From contig CM059434.1 in assembly GCA_030390025.1 (NCBI GenBank), forward strand, positions 25,978,001-26,042,000: a DNA stretch of 64,000 bases, given 5' to 3'. The notes beneath the pieces are model-generated. The model worked only from the letters and a program-made list of their open reading frames with translations, did no database searches and had not been told where the DNA came from. Position 1 is the first letter of the stretch. Each line of letters starts with the position of its first letter. This document shows, in pieces, positions 36,926 through 49,823 of this stretch. Source of the DNA: Squalus acanthias (taxonomy: Eukaryota). The translations under genes and the position numbers were made by a program.

Positions 36926-38721
36926 GCGATTAGAATCAATCAAAATAGCTGTAGCAGGCACCTCATTAACCGACTGATTTATTTTGGAAATAATGTTCCT
37001 CTCATGGGAACAATTCTATTGCAGTTATTTTCCGATGACCGTCACTTTGATTCAGAAAACTGGACACAGCAACAAAAATCGATTTCCAAATGGATTGCCA
37101 AGTCTTCATCAATCAATGCTACAATTCAATAGATTTCTGTACTGCAACATAATCCTCTGATTCTGCTGGATACCAATCAGCATTAGAAATATCCTTTGCA
37201 GATCATATATTGTGAAAACCGTTCAGATTTTAAAAGCGACAAAAGCAGTTCAGTACACAAAGGGTTAACTCAACACTCTTAAATAATAATTAACTATCCT
37301 ATTTTAGTGGTTCTGACTAGTTAATCCAATAAAGCAAATCTGGGAGAAGTGTCTGAAAAGCAGCTGAATGGTAAAAAAGTTGAATAAAAAAATAAGTCTG
37401 CTTGTGTAAGTACCAGATCCAAGTGAGTGTCACACATAGAATAACCTGCTCATCGATGAGAGCAGGGAAAAAATACATTCCATCGAAATTCCATCTTTCA
37501 CCTCACCCAGCTGTTGTGTTATATTTCACAACCTATAGTCACAGTTGCAGCTTTCAAAAGCAAACCACCTGCAAATAACTTAAAATTCATCTCCAAAGAA
37601 ACCCAGATTATAGGCATGGTAAAACAGAGCTCAATCACCAGTGACTTGTTTACAGGACGCATGTCAACTGAGAGATAACAACCTCATAAAAACAAAAAGA
37701 ACCACAGGCAAGGAAAGTAGAGAACAGTTCAGTGTTGTTGTCAAAAAGGCAGGTTGAAGGCAAGCTTTAGTGTAAAAGAAAGAAAGAGACGAGTTGAAGT
37801 AAGTAAATCTCACTACTCTCAAGTCTATAGAAGAATTTTTCATGTACATATATGGCTATAGAAACAGCCACGAAGAGCATATATGGCTCATGACTCCTTA
37901 AAGGAATACCCCACTCTAAGGCTTAACAGCATGGCTAATAAAACCCCTGTAGTAGGGACAATAACCTTCTAAAATACTCCAGATGTACATAGGAAATTAT
38001 AGGATTGGGAAAGACTGCCATTCATCTGGCCCAAAAACTAATAGTAAGGGAGTGGTGAAGGAAGTATCACGGCCTACTAAGCAGAAGGGCAGGGGAATGA
38101 GCAGGGGTCACCAAAATCACTGAGCAATGAGCTGATCCCTCATATCTCTTGCTGCAAGGTCTTGAGATGGGCTTCCTTCTTTTGCTGCTTCCTCTTCCCC
38201 CTCATCATCCACGCACATGAAATGAAAGTGCCTGCAGCAGCATTTCCTATTTTCACTGCTCACTTTTTTCTGATATACTCTATGTGACAAGCATCTCCAA
38301 AAAAGCAAGTGCCAGACTTCACACCTGTGCAATTTTCAACCGTACTCTCTACTAATCTGCTGGTATTTGACGTGTCTGAAAACCGAGCTGATGTTTCAAG
38401 TCAACATGTATTTTCACGGTTACGTAACTATCAGTGCACTCTTCAATATGGTGGGACAACAGCAATTCTGCATCACAGTAGGACAGTGCAAAATATAGAG
38501 CAATATTTCCTTCTGAGTATAAAATTAAAGAATTTATTCTTAGACTATCATCAGTACTTAATCATAGCTTAGTAAAAGAATTTTCTTTTAACTTTATACA
38601 CAACGGAAAACATATCCCATCGTATGTTAGAATATAACAAACCTCAACCTCTGCCAAATCAACTTGCCTTCATGCTATGTAATAAATCACTATTCCAATA
38701 GCAAAGTGATAAATTTCATAC

Positions 38722-38939
38722 CTTGGCTGATCACTGCTTTTCTGTTCTGACCATCAAGATCGGCACGTTCGATCACGTGATGCTTGGCATCTACCCAGTA
38801 CATCTTTTGTCCTGCATAATCAATGGTGAGCCCATTGGGCCAGAAGAGATGGGTATCTGCGATGATTTTGCGGTTAGAACCATCCATGGCTGCATATTCT
38901 ATCCGGGGGGTGTTACCCCAGTCCGTCCAATAGATGGTT
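38722..38939 (-). CDS. LRP4: LRP4 coding exon (~exon 14), YWTD repeats
   Basis: 218 nt; ttacag / GTATGA; encodes [20 protein letters not shown]...[27 protein letters not shown]. Confidence 0.96.
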
Positions 38940-39136
38940 CTGTAAAATGCATCAGATATGCCAATAGAATACAATGAAGAATGGACCATTTGAGGCTAAA
39001 TGAAAACAATTTTTACTCAGGAGTAAAACCAACATAATTCTGGGATAATTAAACCTAAATCTACAAAAACTAAATGAAAATTGAAGTAATTGAGGTGATT
39101 AATTAATAGTGGGTGATCATTTTTAAAACAATTAGT

Positions 39137-39275
39137 TAAGTCCTGATTTTAACCTAACGCACCAGTGAGAATGGGGCACGTTTGGGTTTGACGCCCGATT
39201 TACACCCTTCCGATTATACACGCCATTGACTTCAACGGAGCTGCAAATTGAACGTTAGGTTAAAATCAGGGCTTA
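39137..39275. mobile_element. ~140-bp MITE
   Basis: TAAGTCCTGATTTTAACCTAACG / CGTTAGGTTAAAATCAGGGCTTA, 23-bp inverted ends with 1 mismatch. Confidence 0.75.
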
Positions 39276-39903
39276 TAGTCTCTCCAAAGAGGATAACTCC
39301 ATTAACAGTTTCTACAAGTATTTTACCATTCAATCAAAGGTTTCAATTTTGGAATGGGGGGCAGAGGTGGGGGTTGGGGAGCAGAACAACATTAAAAAGC
39401 ATTGAAATAAAAGTTTATAATGACAGCCTGAAATGATATTTAATTGCTGACAGCATCATTTGACAGGAAGTCATTGACAGTCATTCTAAAATTTTAACGG
39501 AATGTACAATACCGAATTTCAAATCATTGGAAGTTACTGTTTCCGAACTTCTTCAGCACAGGATTGTTATTACATTTGTATGAAAAAGGAGATCTTCTCA
39601 GTTTAGTTTCAATACGTTTGCACAACACATTGCAATTTACAAGTATAACATTCTAGAAGTGATCTATTCCAGTTTTCAGCTATAATGTGGAAGTGATAGT
39701 GCTGAATATAATAGTACACAACTTCTAAATGTACTGCAAAACTTGGCTTGGAAAAATTAATTAAATAGATAAGAAATCATTACAGTATTTGTTTAAAAAA
39801 AATTGTGTCTTAAAAAGACTCGTGATTCCCAAACTAAAAACAATGGGAATGATTAATGGATCCTCCTTTGGAGAATTCAATTAATAATATCATAAAATAT
39901 AAT

Positions 39904-40666
39904 GGGCCAGAAATTCGGCTCTCCACGGGTGAGTACGCGCTGTATACTCACCCGTAAGACCACCTGAAGTGTCGGTTTCATGCATGCACTGCGCATGCGT
40001 GGGAAACCGGAACTTCCGTTCCCCTGAAGGAAGGGGTTCAGAAGTCGAACGTGTGCGCGGGAGAGGCTGCGCGCATGCAGCGAACTTCGTTTTTTTTTCA
40101 GGTTTCTCCGGAGGGTAAGAATGGAGAAGCTGCACTTTTAAAAAGGAGGCGCAAGGCCTGTTTTTAACAAGGTAAGTGGTTAATTAAGTAGAATTTAAAC
40201 ATTTTTTCAACAGGTTTATCTTTTTTACATACTTTAAAGAAAGGTAAGTTTATTTTTAGCACCGTTAAAAAGTGTAATTAATTTTTTCAAAAATTTAAAT
40301 TTTTGTTTAAAGTAGTTAATTTATGTAATTTATAGTTATTTTAAAAATGTGATGGTTTTTTAAAAATTTATTTGAAGTTTTAGTGTGGTTTTGGGGCCGA
40401 TCTCTATTCATAGATTTGACAGGTCTTCCTGTCAAATCTATGAATGAAAATTCCCTGCTAGGATTGGCTCTCCATGGCCCACGTGATCCCAGGGGACGCT
40501 TCGAACTAACTGCGCCCCTGGGATACACAAGCACTGTGCGCCGGCAGCTGCAGGAGGCCCAGGAGCCGAATTCCTCATGGGCCCAAAGCACAACGGCAGG
40601 CGCGGTAGGTAAGTACGCGCGCGATGCTTGCACCCGCAGGAAGCCGGAGAGCCAAATTTCTGGCCC
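39904..40666. mobile_element. ~763-bp MITE; same family as 14385-15139
   Basis: 21-bp TIR GGGCCAGAAATTCGGCTCTCC / GGAGAGCCAAATTTCTGGCCC (1 mismatch); internal perfect hairpin at 40406-40445. Confidence 0.85.
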
Positions 40667-42032
40667 ATTATCTAGCTGTAATTACAAAAAGAGTAAGCAC
40701 AACACACTCCAGAAAATGTGACATTCTTTGCTGTCATGCATGCCTCCATTCATTCCAAAGGGACCAGCCACAACTAATGTTACAAAAAGGAAAGCAGGTA
40801 TGGAACATGTACAATAAATCAAAGTGACTTTGGAATTCAGTTCATCTAATTTTTGAGGAAAAAAAATCAAAATTCCTATTGTCTAGTCATTAACATATTT
40901 TAGCAGCAATAAACAAAATAATTCCTGTTGTGCTCTTGTACAACTGAAGATGTGTCTGAACTTGGACATATAAATACTTATAAATGTAGACTATTGTACT
41001 GGCTCTGAGATTACACTGTGGGATAATAGCTTACTAATGCTTAACAGGTTCATCTGAAATTGCTCTCTCTGTTATTTTAGCAGAGGTGCTATAGCAGATG
41101 TGTTAACACATTTATTTTAAATAATAATGAACTAAGATAGCAGAGAGAGCTATTTCAGATGAACAGCTAGGTGTTCATGCACTAGTATCTGACAGCATAA
41201 TGCCAACACCTAGATAGATTGCTTTGTCCAGAATGGAAAATTACAGAAAGTAGAGAACTGCATTTGTGAAGAACTGCATTGGTGACATCCACTGCCTAAC
41301 CCATGAAAGTGTGACATCCTTAAAGATAGGTGAACTGTTAGATCTGAACCAGTGGGGCACTTAATCAATAACTGAACTGGAATTAATTAGAAACAGGGCC
41401 TCAGAATAATGACCACAAAGTGGGACAGGCAGGAGACAAAGCCAATACTAGAGAAACAAACCACAATGTCAGCCACTGCAGGAGCTAGTTAAAAATAGAA
41501 AGCCGCGCATTACATAGTCAATAAAACAGCAACAGCAGGACAGCAAAAATCAAAAACTGCAAAGTTGGGAGAACAAATTAAAAACAATCAAAAAAGAGAG
41601 AGACCAGTTAAGAATCTATTCCAATCCAAATACATTTGGTATGTGAGGATAAGAAATGCCCCTCAATAAAATACATTTGTGGATTTGGCTGGGACTTTGG
41701 GACACCGCAACTAATATAGCATCAAAGAGTGACTTTAATTTGCTGTGCATGAAGTAAAGTCGTTGGTCGCCCCCCAGTGACAGGGTGTACCATGTCAAAA
41801 TGACCTTTGGGATTGTGGCATGTTAAAAAAATGTATGCGTCATTAAAACCGCTACAAATTATAGTGGAGTTTGAGGTTCGAATCTGTTGCTAATTGCAGT
41901 GATGCTTAAGAGCAACATCATAATTTTTCTTGAAATATATTACTCCTGATCTGAAACAGATGGCATTTGGTATTAATGCTATAGGTGATTGAAATAGATT
42001 CCCGCAGGATCAATGTCTGTGACCTGTCTTAC

Positions 42033-42189
42033 CCCTCTATTGGATGTAGTGCTATGGCTCGAGGTTTCTCTAGGTTCTGCCACAAAAGTACTTTTCTCTG
42101 TCTTCCATCAAGATTTGAGACCTCGATACGCGATGTCCCGGAGTCCGTCCAGTACAACTTGTTGTGGATCCAATCAATGGCCAGCCCAC
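42033..42189 (-). CDS. LRP4: LRP4 coding exon (~exon 13), YWTD repeat
   Basis: 157 nt; tgtcag / GTAAGA; encodes [53 protein letters not shown]. Confidence 0.96.
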
Positions 42190-42776
42190 CTGACAAAGAT
42201 TAATTTTTTTGGAGACATTATACAGCTGTTGTTAACATCTTCCTATCTCTGTGGCTCAAGAATCACAAAGCAGCACCTAAAGCTCAAGTCGCAACAAACA
42301 GATGCAGGAGATAGAGCAGAAGCACTTCCCTGACTGACATCTAAGAGAACTCACAGTCCTATAAAAACCAGAAGAAAATAATTGACGGAATGTGTAACCT
42401 TCCTTCCTCTGTGCAGTTTCAACCATTTTATAATTAGCTTTCTGTCGTTTCCTTACCAGACTCTACTGAAAATAAACATTTCAATCTCCAAAAATACTGG
42501 ATAGATATAGATCGGAAACGATATACAATTCTAAATTTACTGGGTTAGTCAGAAATATCAACCAAATGAAAATAAAGCTCAAAGTTTTCAGGCATTTTTA
42601 GAAATTAGAAAATGACTACATGCTTTAAGAAAGCAACGCCCTTCCTCCTGGCCCGTGTAGGCCAATGATTTCAACTGATTTGAAACAAGTTTGTACCACA
42701 CCAAATGCCCGAGACTCCTGAGGGAAAATAAATCCATGGCATTTTTAAAAACTCAATTTATACACTAATAGACAAT

Positions 42777-42967
42777 GGGGGAAAAATTCGGTTGCTTTCG
42801 CCTCCCGTTAGCGCCATAAGACGCGCTATTCCCTCGCAGCGCCCCAAGAGGGAGGCGGGGCGCTTCTAGTAGCACCCCGCATCGCTCTTGGGCGCTACCA
42901 TTCAATTTTGGCCGCGGGGGCGCTAATTTTTTCGGGGTGCTGCGTGGCGCGACTCAATTTTTCCCCC
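42777..42967. mobile_element. 191-bp MITE with AAT target-site duplication
   Basis: Perfect 12-bp TIR GGGGGAAAAATT / AATTTTTCCCCC; AAT on both sides; CpG-rich interior. Confidence 0.85.
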
Positions 42968-43225
42968 AATACTTGTTTCTGTATATGCAGAAGCAAAATG
43001 AGGGGCAAAATCAGATGCATTGGTGTTTGATGCATATCTGGAGAAAATTCATCTTTCTGTTGAGCATAAGGCAGAGTATTAGTAGCATTGTAAATGTTGT
43101 GTAAATGGTTGGTGTCTGTAGTTCAGCAGCTCTTGCAGCCACTACAAGTATCCCTTCAGAGAGGAGAACAAGAGAGAAATTCACCGCACATCTTGTCCTT
43201 CCATTTGGCTATCTTTATTCTAGTG

Positions 43226-45134
43226 CAGAGGTTCCAAAACTGGGTGGTGCGCCCCCCAGGATATCTGGGGTGGGGGGGCGGCAGAAGGAGGACAGGCTGA
43301 CCAGGAAGGAGATGCAACCTCGCATAGCCAGAGAGCTTTGAGATTAAACTGAAAAAATATCAGTTTAAATTCAAAGATAAAGTGTACACTGATGCGACCT
43401 TGCATAGGGCGATCCCAGCATAGCCGTGGAATTTCGGTTGATTACTAGAGGCAGAAGTTGGTTCAATCAGAGATGCTTCTGGTGCATGGTAATCGGTTGC
43501 TATCCACCAGAAAAGGCTCTGATTGGCCCAATTTCCACTTTTGGGAATTCAAACGTCCTGTGCTAAGCTCGCCCTATTGCTCAGTTTCTTTAAAATGTAA
43601 AGAAATTCAGACGTTTGTTTGCCAGTCTACCATAGTAAAGCCGCAAGGTGGGGGAGGCTACATCGGTGGCAGCAGCAGGCACCCACCAGGTAAGCAGTGT
43701 CTTTTCACAATATTATAGTTTGCTACCAGACCAGGTGATCTTTGCCTGAATTAAGATCTGCACTGATTTGTCGTTTCGAAGTATTCCGAACACCCCTAGC
43801 TCCCTCAGGCTATATAACTGACACAAGTGTGACGTTTGGTTTTCGATAAAAGTTGAGGACATTGATCCTGTGGAAGGATGAAGTGGAGCCAGGTAAAAGA
43901 AAAATAGGAAATACAATCCTCCCTACTTGGACTTGGGATTCACATTTACTGGTTCTGACAAAAATTATCGACCGCAATGTGTTTGTGCTGAAGTTCATGC
44001 CCAAGACAGCATGAAACCAAGCAAACTAAAATGCCACTTGGAGACCAAACATCCTGCCCTCAAAGATAAACCACGAGATTTTTTCAAAGGACGCTCTTTC
44101 ATCTAAAATAACAGATGGAGGTAATTGAAGAGGTTCGATGGCTATCCCGTGATAGAGTTTTGTCAAGAATCTACAAACTCAGGGAGGAGTGCTGCATGTT
44201 TTTGATTGACTCTAAATCACCACTTCACCACCATTTCCTTGACCAGCACTTCCAGGTTTTACTGGGCTATTTGGCCAACTCAACTTTTCTTCCCATGCAC
44301 AAGAAAGTACAGAGCTTTGCCAAAAAAAACTTGTGTGATGGAATAACTACGTGCTGCAAGACAATGGGGTGGAAATTGGTTTCGGCCCGTTTTCAGGCCT
44401 GAAGTAGGCGGTGAGCTGGGGCGTGGACCAGAAGCTGGAGGCCCAAGGCGCCCCTAAAATTGGGCCTTGTGCCTCATTAGCATATAGGCGGCGAACTGCA
44501 GACACCAATCGGGCGTTCAGAAGTAGGCCGCCAGTTCCACGAGGATGAAGTTGGGCAGCGGCCCTTAGGTACGCCCTGGGACTGGGGCGGGATGGGGGAA
44601 GGCAATCGGGAGAGGGGGAGCGATCGACAGTGAGGGAGGGGATCAGCAAGGAGTAGATTCAGTTAAGTATTGTTTTGAACAACTTACCTTTTTGAGAGCC
44701 ATGTCCAGCAGTCCCTTTAAGGAACACTGGTTAGGCGGCACATAGACATAGTTAACCTGAACGCAGCTGCATTCAAGGCAGCCCAATTTCAAGAAGGGGG
44801 ACTCAAACAGGTGTTAGCCCCCTATTTGTATATACAAACGTACTAACATTAGTTTCAGACACAGGCCCAGGACACCTATACTGGAGTCTTTACCAATATG
44901 GCGGGTGGCGCACTTCCAGCGCAAACTTTGTGCTTGCACGCCACCCGCCATATTGGACGCTTAGGCATCCGTTTGACTTCAATGGAAAAGAACATTGGGC
45001 ACGGTGTAATACGGGCTAGCAATTCATTATCGGCTGTATCGCACTACTGGCGAAAACTAATTTCACCCCCTAATTTTTTTAAACCATGAATCTCCAAAGA
45101 GGGGGCTTAGCAAATTAAAGCTTGGGAACCTCTG
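43226..45134 (+). mobile_element. hAT (Buster/Charlie-type) deletion derivative with a nested MITE
   Basis: TIR CAGAGGTTCCAAAACT / AGCTTGGGAACCTCTG; 8-bp TSD TTCTAGTG; transposase remnants RKYNPPYLDLGFT...PQCV...SMKPSKLKCHLETKHP and EVRWLSRDRVLSRIYKLREE. Confidence 0.92.
44366..45070. mobile_element. MITE nested in the hAT element
   Basis: GGGGTGGAAATT ... AATTTCACCCCC termini; interrupts the transposase remnant. Confidence 0.7.
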
Positions 45135-45618
45135 TTCTAGTGGCCAAATCTGCCTCAAGGGAAGAACAGTTTGCTGCTGTTTACCTTTGATTTTCTGTAA
45201 AAAGACTGACATTATATACAGATAAGGTCTGGTGATCCAAGGTCATTGCTGTGTGCACAGGCTGCTCACACCCATGAAACAAAGGTCAACAATGGGTAAA
45301 CAATCCAGCTGTCTCACCCCCTCTGGCATGATATAGTGGCCTGGCCACATCACCACCAATGCCTATGGCCACATGTAGGAAAGGTTAGATGTAGCTTGCA
45401 AATGTGGGCATTTTCAATCTGTGCATAGTGTGCAAAATAGGAATAGTCATGCTCACACAGGTGAAAATTTGATTGCGGGAGCACATCTAAACATGATGAC
45501 TCATTTCTGATGTATTGTTTAATATCACCACACAGAACAGTCTTTCTAAACAATCTGATACTTTAACCATTGATAGTTTCAAATGTTTCTGATTTAAACT
45601 GATCTGATTTTTTTTTTA

Positions 45619-45867
<249 letters not shown>

Positions 45868-45964
45868 TTAAGATAATAACACATGTAAACATACAAGTTA
45901 AAGAACATGTTTCAGACAACGGGGTTTCAAGTGCTCCTGACATTAACAACTAACAAATCAAATA

Positions 45965-46227
45965 AAGAATTTAGGAGGAACTTCTTTATACAGAGAGATG
46001 AGAATATGCAACTCACTGCCACGTGGAGTGGTTGCAACAGATAATATTGATGTATTTAAGGAGAGGCTTGATGCATACATGAGGGAGAATGAAATAGAGG
46101 CATACAGAGGGGAGGGGCAGGGTAGGAAGAGGTCATTAGAGTGGGAGGAGGCTCATGTGGCGTATTAACACCGGCATAGACCAGTCAGGTCAAATGGCCT
46201 GTTTTCTGTGCTGTAGATTCTATGTAA
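45965..46227 (+). mobile_element. CR1 LINE 3' tail fragment
   Basis: TTTAGGAGGAACTTCTTTATACAGAGAG...AATGGCCTGTTTTCTGTGCTGTAGATTCTATGTA. Confidence 0.75.
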
Positions 46228-46574
46228 TGAATCCTGCCACACTATGGCACAGTGCATTGCAATACTAGGTTACGAGTGTCACTATCTCTATGTTGCAATG
46301 TTTCACAAACATGGATGTGAACACAGTAGTTTGAATCAATCCATCTTTGCACCTCGGTAGAGGGGAATAATAACAACTGCACTTAAATAACACCTTTACC
46401 ATAGCAAACCGTTCCACAAAAAATACTTCACATGGGTGGGGAGCACGAAATCAGACACCAAGCAGGAATTGGAGGAGAACGAGGAATATAAAAGATTTGT
46501 TTTTCTATGGTTAAATAATACAACTTTTGAAGCCATTCCTAAGAAATAATTTAGAATGGTTAAAGCACACTCAC

Positions 46575-46700
46575 CCAGTGCTTTGCAGCCTCGCTTATCA
46601 GGTCGTAGTTCATAGCCCTGAACACACCAGCACTGGAATCCTCCTTCTAAGTTGGTACAGCCTTGACTACAGTATCCATCCTCAGCACACTCATCAATGT
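46575..46700 (-). CDS. LRP4: LRP4 coding exon (~exon 11), calcium-binding EGF module
   Basis: 126 nt; ctgcag / GTGAGT; encodes [42 protein letters not shown]. Confidence 0.96.
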
Positions 46701-47585
46701 CTGCAGAAATCAGCACAACAGTCATCGTACCACTGTGACACTTGCATAGAGAGTAAGTTCATGCTTATGACGTAGAATGCTTCCCTTCCCCTGTACTCCT
46801 GGCCATGAATCATCTCAGCCATATAGGCAACGTTCACCAGTGAATGGCTGCTCTGAAGCCACTGAGGGAACAACATCTTATGTACATGGTTTATTTGACA
46901 TTATGCATGACTACCAATACAAAGACTGGTCAGTGGGAAAAATACAGATGCATTTCTTCCAGCAGAGCTCCCTTTCACTTTTCAAACATTCAAGAGGCCA
47001 GTATTGTGGGTGGGATGGAAGGATAACATACCAAAACATATAGAAAAAGTTTGAAAACCGGCCCCAGCATCTATTGTGTCAGAACCTTCCAACAAAGGGT
47101 TAGAAATAAATACAAATACTAATACTTATGATTGGGAATTGAGTTTGTTAACTCAAAACAATTAATAGATTGTTGACCTCAGGGGGGAAAAAAACGACTG
47201 CCTGAACCCTGTTCAAATAAACTCAAAGGAGCTTAAAGCAGCTGAAGCTCTGATAAGATCTATTCTAATCAGCCGCCACCAATTACTAATAACAAGGCTG
47301 AATGGTATGCAGTGCAGTACAGTAATCAGCACAGGAAAAAAAGTGTGTTCAGGTCAAGAAATGTTAATGGGAAAATCATACACATTGCCATTTCGGCCAT
47401 TCAACAAGCACTCCGAGCTCAGATATGCCATGTTCCAGCTGGAGCCAAGCTCCCTCTACTCTGCCCCAAAAATGGCCTCTAGCCACAATTCCAAAAGAGC
47501 ACCCATCTGCACCACATTGATTTTTTTTCCATTATTCAAACCAGCCTTCATTGTGGTTTCTTCGAGTGCCGAACAGTGCCAAATT

Positions 47586-47826
47586 AGAAATAAAAACAGA
47601 AAATGCTGGAAATACTCAGCATCTGTGGTGAGAGAAACAGAGTTAACGTTTCAAGTCGATGACCTTTCGTCAGAACAACCAGCAGTGAGAGAAAACAATG
47701 GTTCTGACACAAGGTCATCGACCTGAAACGTTAACTCTGTTTCTCTCTCCACAGACGCTGAGTATTTCCAGCATTTTCTGTTTTTATTTCAGATTTCCAG
47801 TGTCCGCAGTGTTTCGCTTTTGCATT
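47586..47826. mobile_element. Penelope-like inverted pseudo-LTR element, family B
   Basis: 90-bp arms 47587-47676 / 47701-47790 (5 mismatches), one-sided 36-nt tail 47791-47826, 11-bp TSD AGTGCCAAATT. Confidence 0.8.
47642..47676 (-). ncRNA. Minimal type-I hammerhead ribozyme motif (intact core, sense to LRP4 pre-mRNA)
   Basis: GUU-CUGACGA-A-AGGUC-AUC-GACUU-GAAA-CG-UU-AAC; stem III is the palindrome AACGUU. Confidence 0.72.
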
Positions 47827-48294
47827 AGTGCCAAATTCAAGCAGTTTGCGGTGGGCCCAATACAACTAGCACTGGGTTGAGATTGCACACTTTCATTTCA
47901 TGTAGGATCCTTACAGCCAGCAGACAAAGCAGTGTATTGAACTCAGCCTGATCTTACTGCACCACTTACCAAGGCCTACTGAAAAAAAATAGAATAACCA
48001 TTGGCATCTCCAGGACAAACAATCTAGCAACCCAATAAAAACTAACCAGCAGCTTCACTAAAGCCGACACACCCCGAGAAAAGCTGACTGCTGAAAGAGT
48101 CCTGAATTTATGCCTTATGACACATGAAGACAAGAGGTTGCACTGAAAGTAAAGCAGGACATGAAGAGGTCATAACTCAAGTTGTAGATATACCCACTAT
48201 TTGATCACTTAATTGTGATTAGCTGCTGAGAGAATTCAGCAGCCTTGACATACTTTTATACTAATAAGTAAAAGTTCTCATGTTAGGGCCCTAC

Positions 48295-48429
48295 CTTGGC
48301 ACAATTTTCCACTCTCCATTAATCGATAGCCTGTGTGACACGTGCATTGCACAATGCCTCGAACCTGCTGACACTTGTGTGCACATCCACCATTGTTCAC
48401 ATTGCAGCTCTCCTCTTTCGATTGTTCAC
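48295..48429 (-). CDS. LRP4: LRP4 coding exon (~exon 10), EGF-like module
   Basis: 135 nt; aatcag / GTAGGG; encodes [44 protein letters not shown]. Confidence 0.95.
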
Positions 48430-49034
48430 CTGATTTTAAGTCACAAGGTTAGTTCTTGTGTGCCTTAACTGCAGTGGATGTTTCTTTAGCCTGAAAATCA
48501 TTTAGATACACCTTATTTACGTGGCACCATGCACCGTGACACATCCTGCCGACATGCTAAGCCACAGGCTAGCAGGATCTAGTTTTGCCCCGGCAATTCC
48601 CCGTGCCATGAATTTCCATTCTCAGCGGAGCCCATCAGGAGAATAGTGAATGGGAGCACTGTGCCTCGCAAGGGGGGGGCGGAGAAATCTCAGCCTTAGC
48701 TTAGCCTGCCTGCTCACAAATCTCCTGGCAGCTTGCTCAAAAATGGCAGGGGATAGGTCTCTTGCCCATCCTCCTGTTCAGGTCGTGTGTTGGGGACAAA
48801 CTGAAAACAGGAGCAATCTATGGAAAAGAAACACTAACCAAATATTTATCTTAGTAAAACAAATCTGTTTTTCAGCTCCTTTTTGCTGCTAACTGAGTTC
48901 CACCCTGAGCACATAGATAAAGGGAGTTTGTGAAAGATAAAACCGCGCTCCTGTACAGAAAGTAATTTAAGAGATTTCAAAAATACATTGTTATGCCATG
49001 CACTGATCCTTTTTATTATTAAGTTCAAACTTAC

Positions 49035-49160
49035 GACAGTTCTGGTGCGGGCTTTCGTCACTGCCATCTTCGCAATCGTTGGCGCCATTGCAGACTTTGC
49101 GTTGACCAATGCAACGTCCATTGCCGCACGTGAACTGATCTGGAGCACAGTGTGGGATCT
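49035..49160 (-). CDS. LRP4: LRP4 coding exon (~exon 9), LDLa repeat
   Basis: 126 nt; gtcacag / GTAAGT; encodes [41 protein letters not shown]. Confidence 0.95.
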
Positions 49161-49823
49161 CTGTGACAAAAGTAGGAGAGTTAACATCTCTGGGGTAACT
49201 TTCTGGTTTTACACTTCTAAGTGGAGTTTTACCCAGTGCCGGTGCAGGTCGGAAAATCAGGATACCCAGCGCATCAGTTTCTGAACTTTAATTTAAAATG
49301 GTTGGTAAATCATGCACATCACTTGTCCAAATTTGCACTGCCGTTGGAAGCATAAAATGACAATACTATCCCCGCACGTTCACTTCAAGCATTAAAATAA
49401 CCAGCCTCACAACAAGCTAATGCCACCTGCCACAGATCTTACTTGTACTAATCACAGTAGTCTGATCTTTGCACCATTTATTGACGATGGAAGGCGATGA
49501 CTTAGTATGATGAGCTGGTATGTGTGTGTGCGCGCGCATCACATACAAGAATGACGGAACAATTGGATCAGTCCGTGGTACGGGCAGGGAGCCTTGTGAG
49601 CTGGCTGGCTGTGCATGTCAGAAATTCACATTCTGCTCATATGTTTCACTGAATGATCTGGTAATGTGTGGTAGAATGCTAGACTCTCAAACTCTTATCC
49701 ACTGTGCCCAGGCAGCTAAACTGGCCCATTGTTCTATGATAATCACCGACTTTCTGCTGTTACTGCTACTTCTGGTCTCAAATTCAAATTACACCAACGT
49801 CATTCAGTAATTCCCACTGTCAC

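Noticed and set aside
47701-47735. Plus-strand hammerhead in the family-B element
   Set aside because: The core reads CUGACAC, lacking G8 and A9, so it is not called a functional motif.
49500-49660. Possible C/D snoRNA (ATGATGA ... CTGA) and small TG/CG dyad
   Set aside because: The boxes are antisense to the host transcript, there is no convincing terminal stem, and such short motifs arise by chance.
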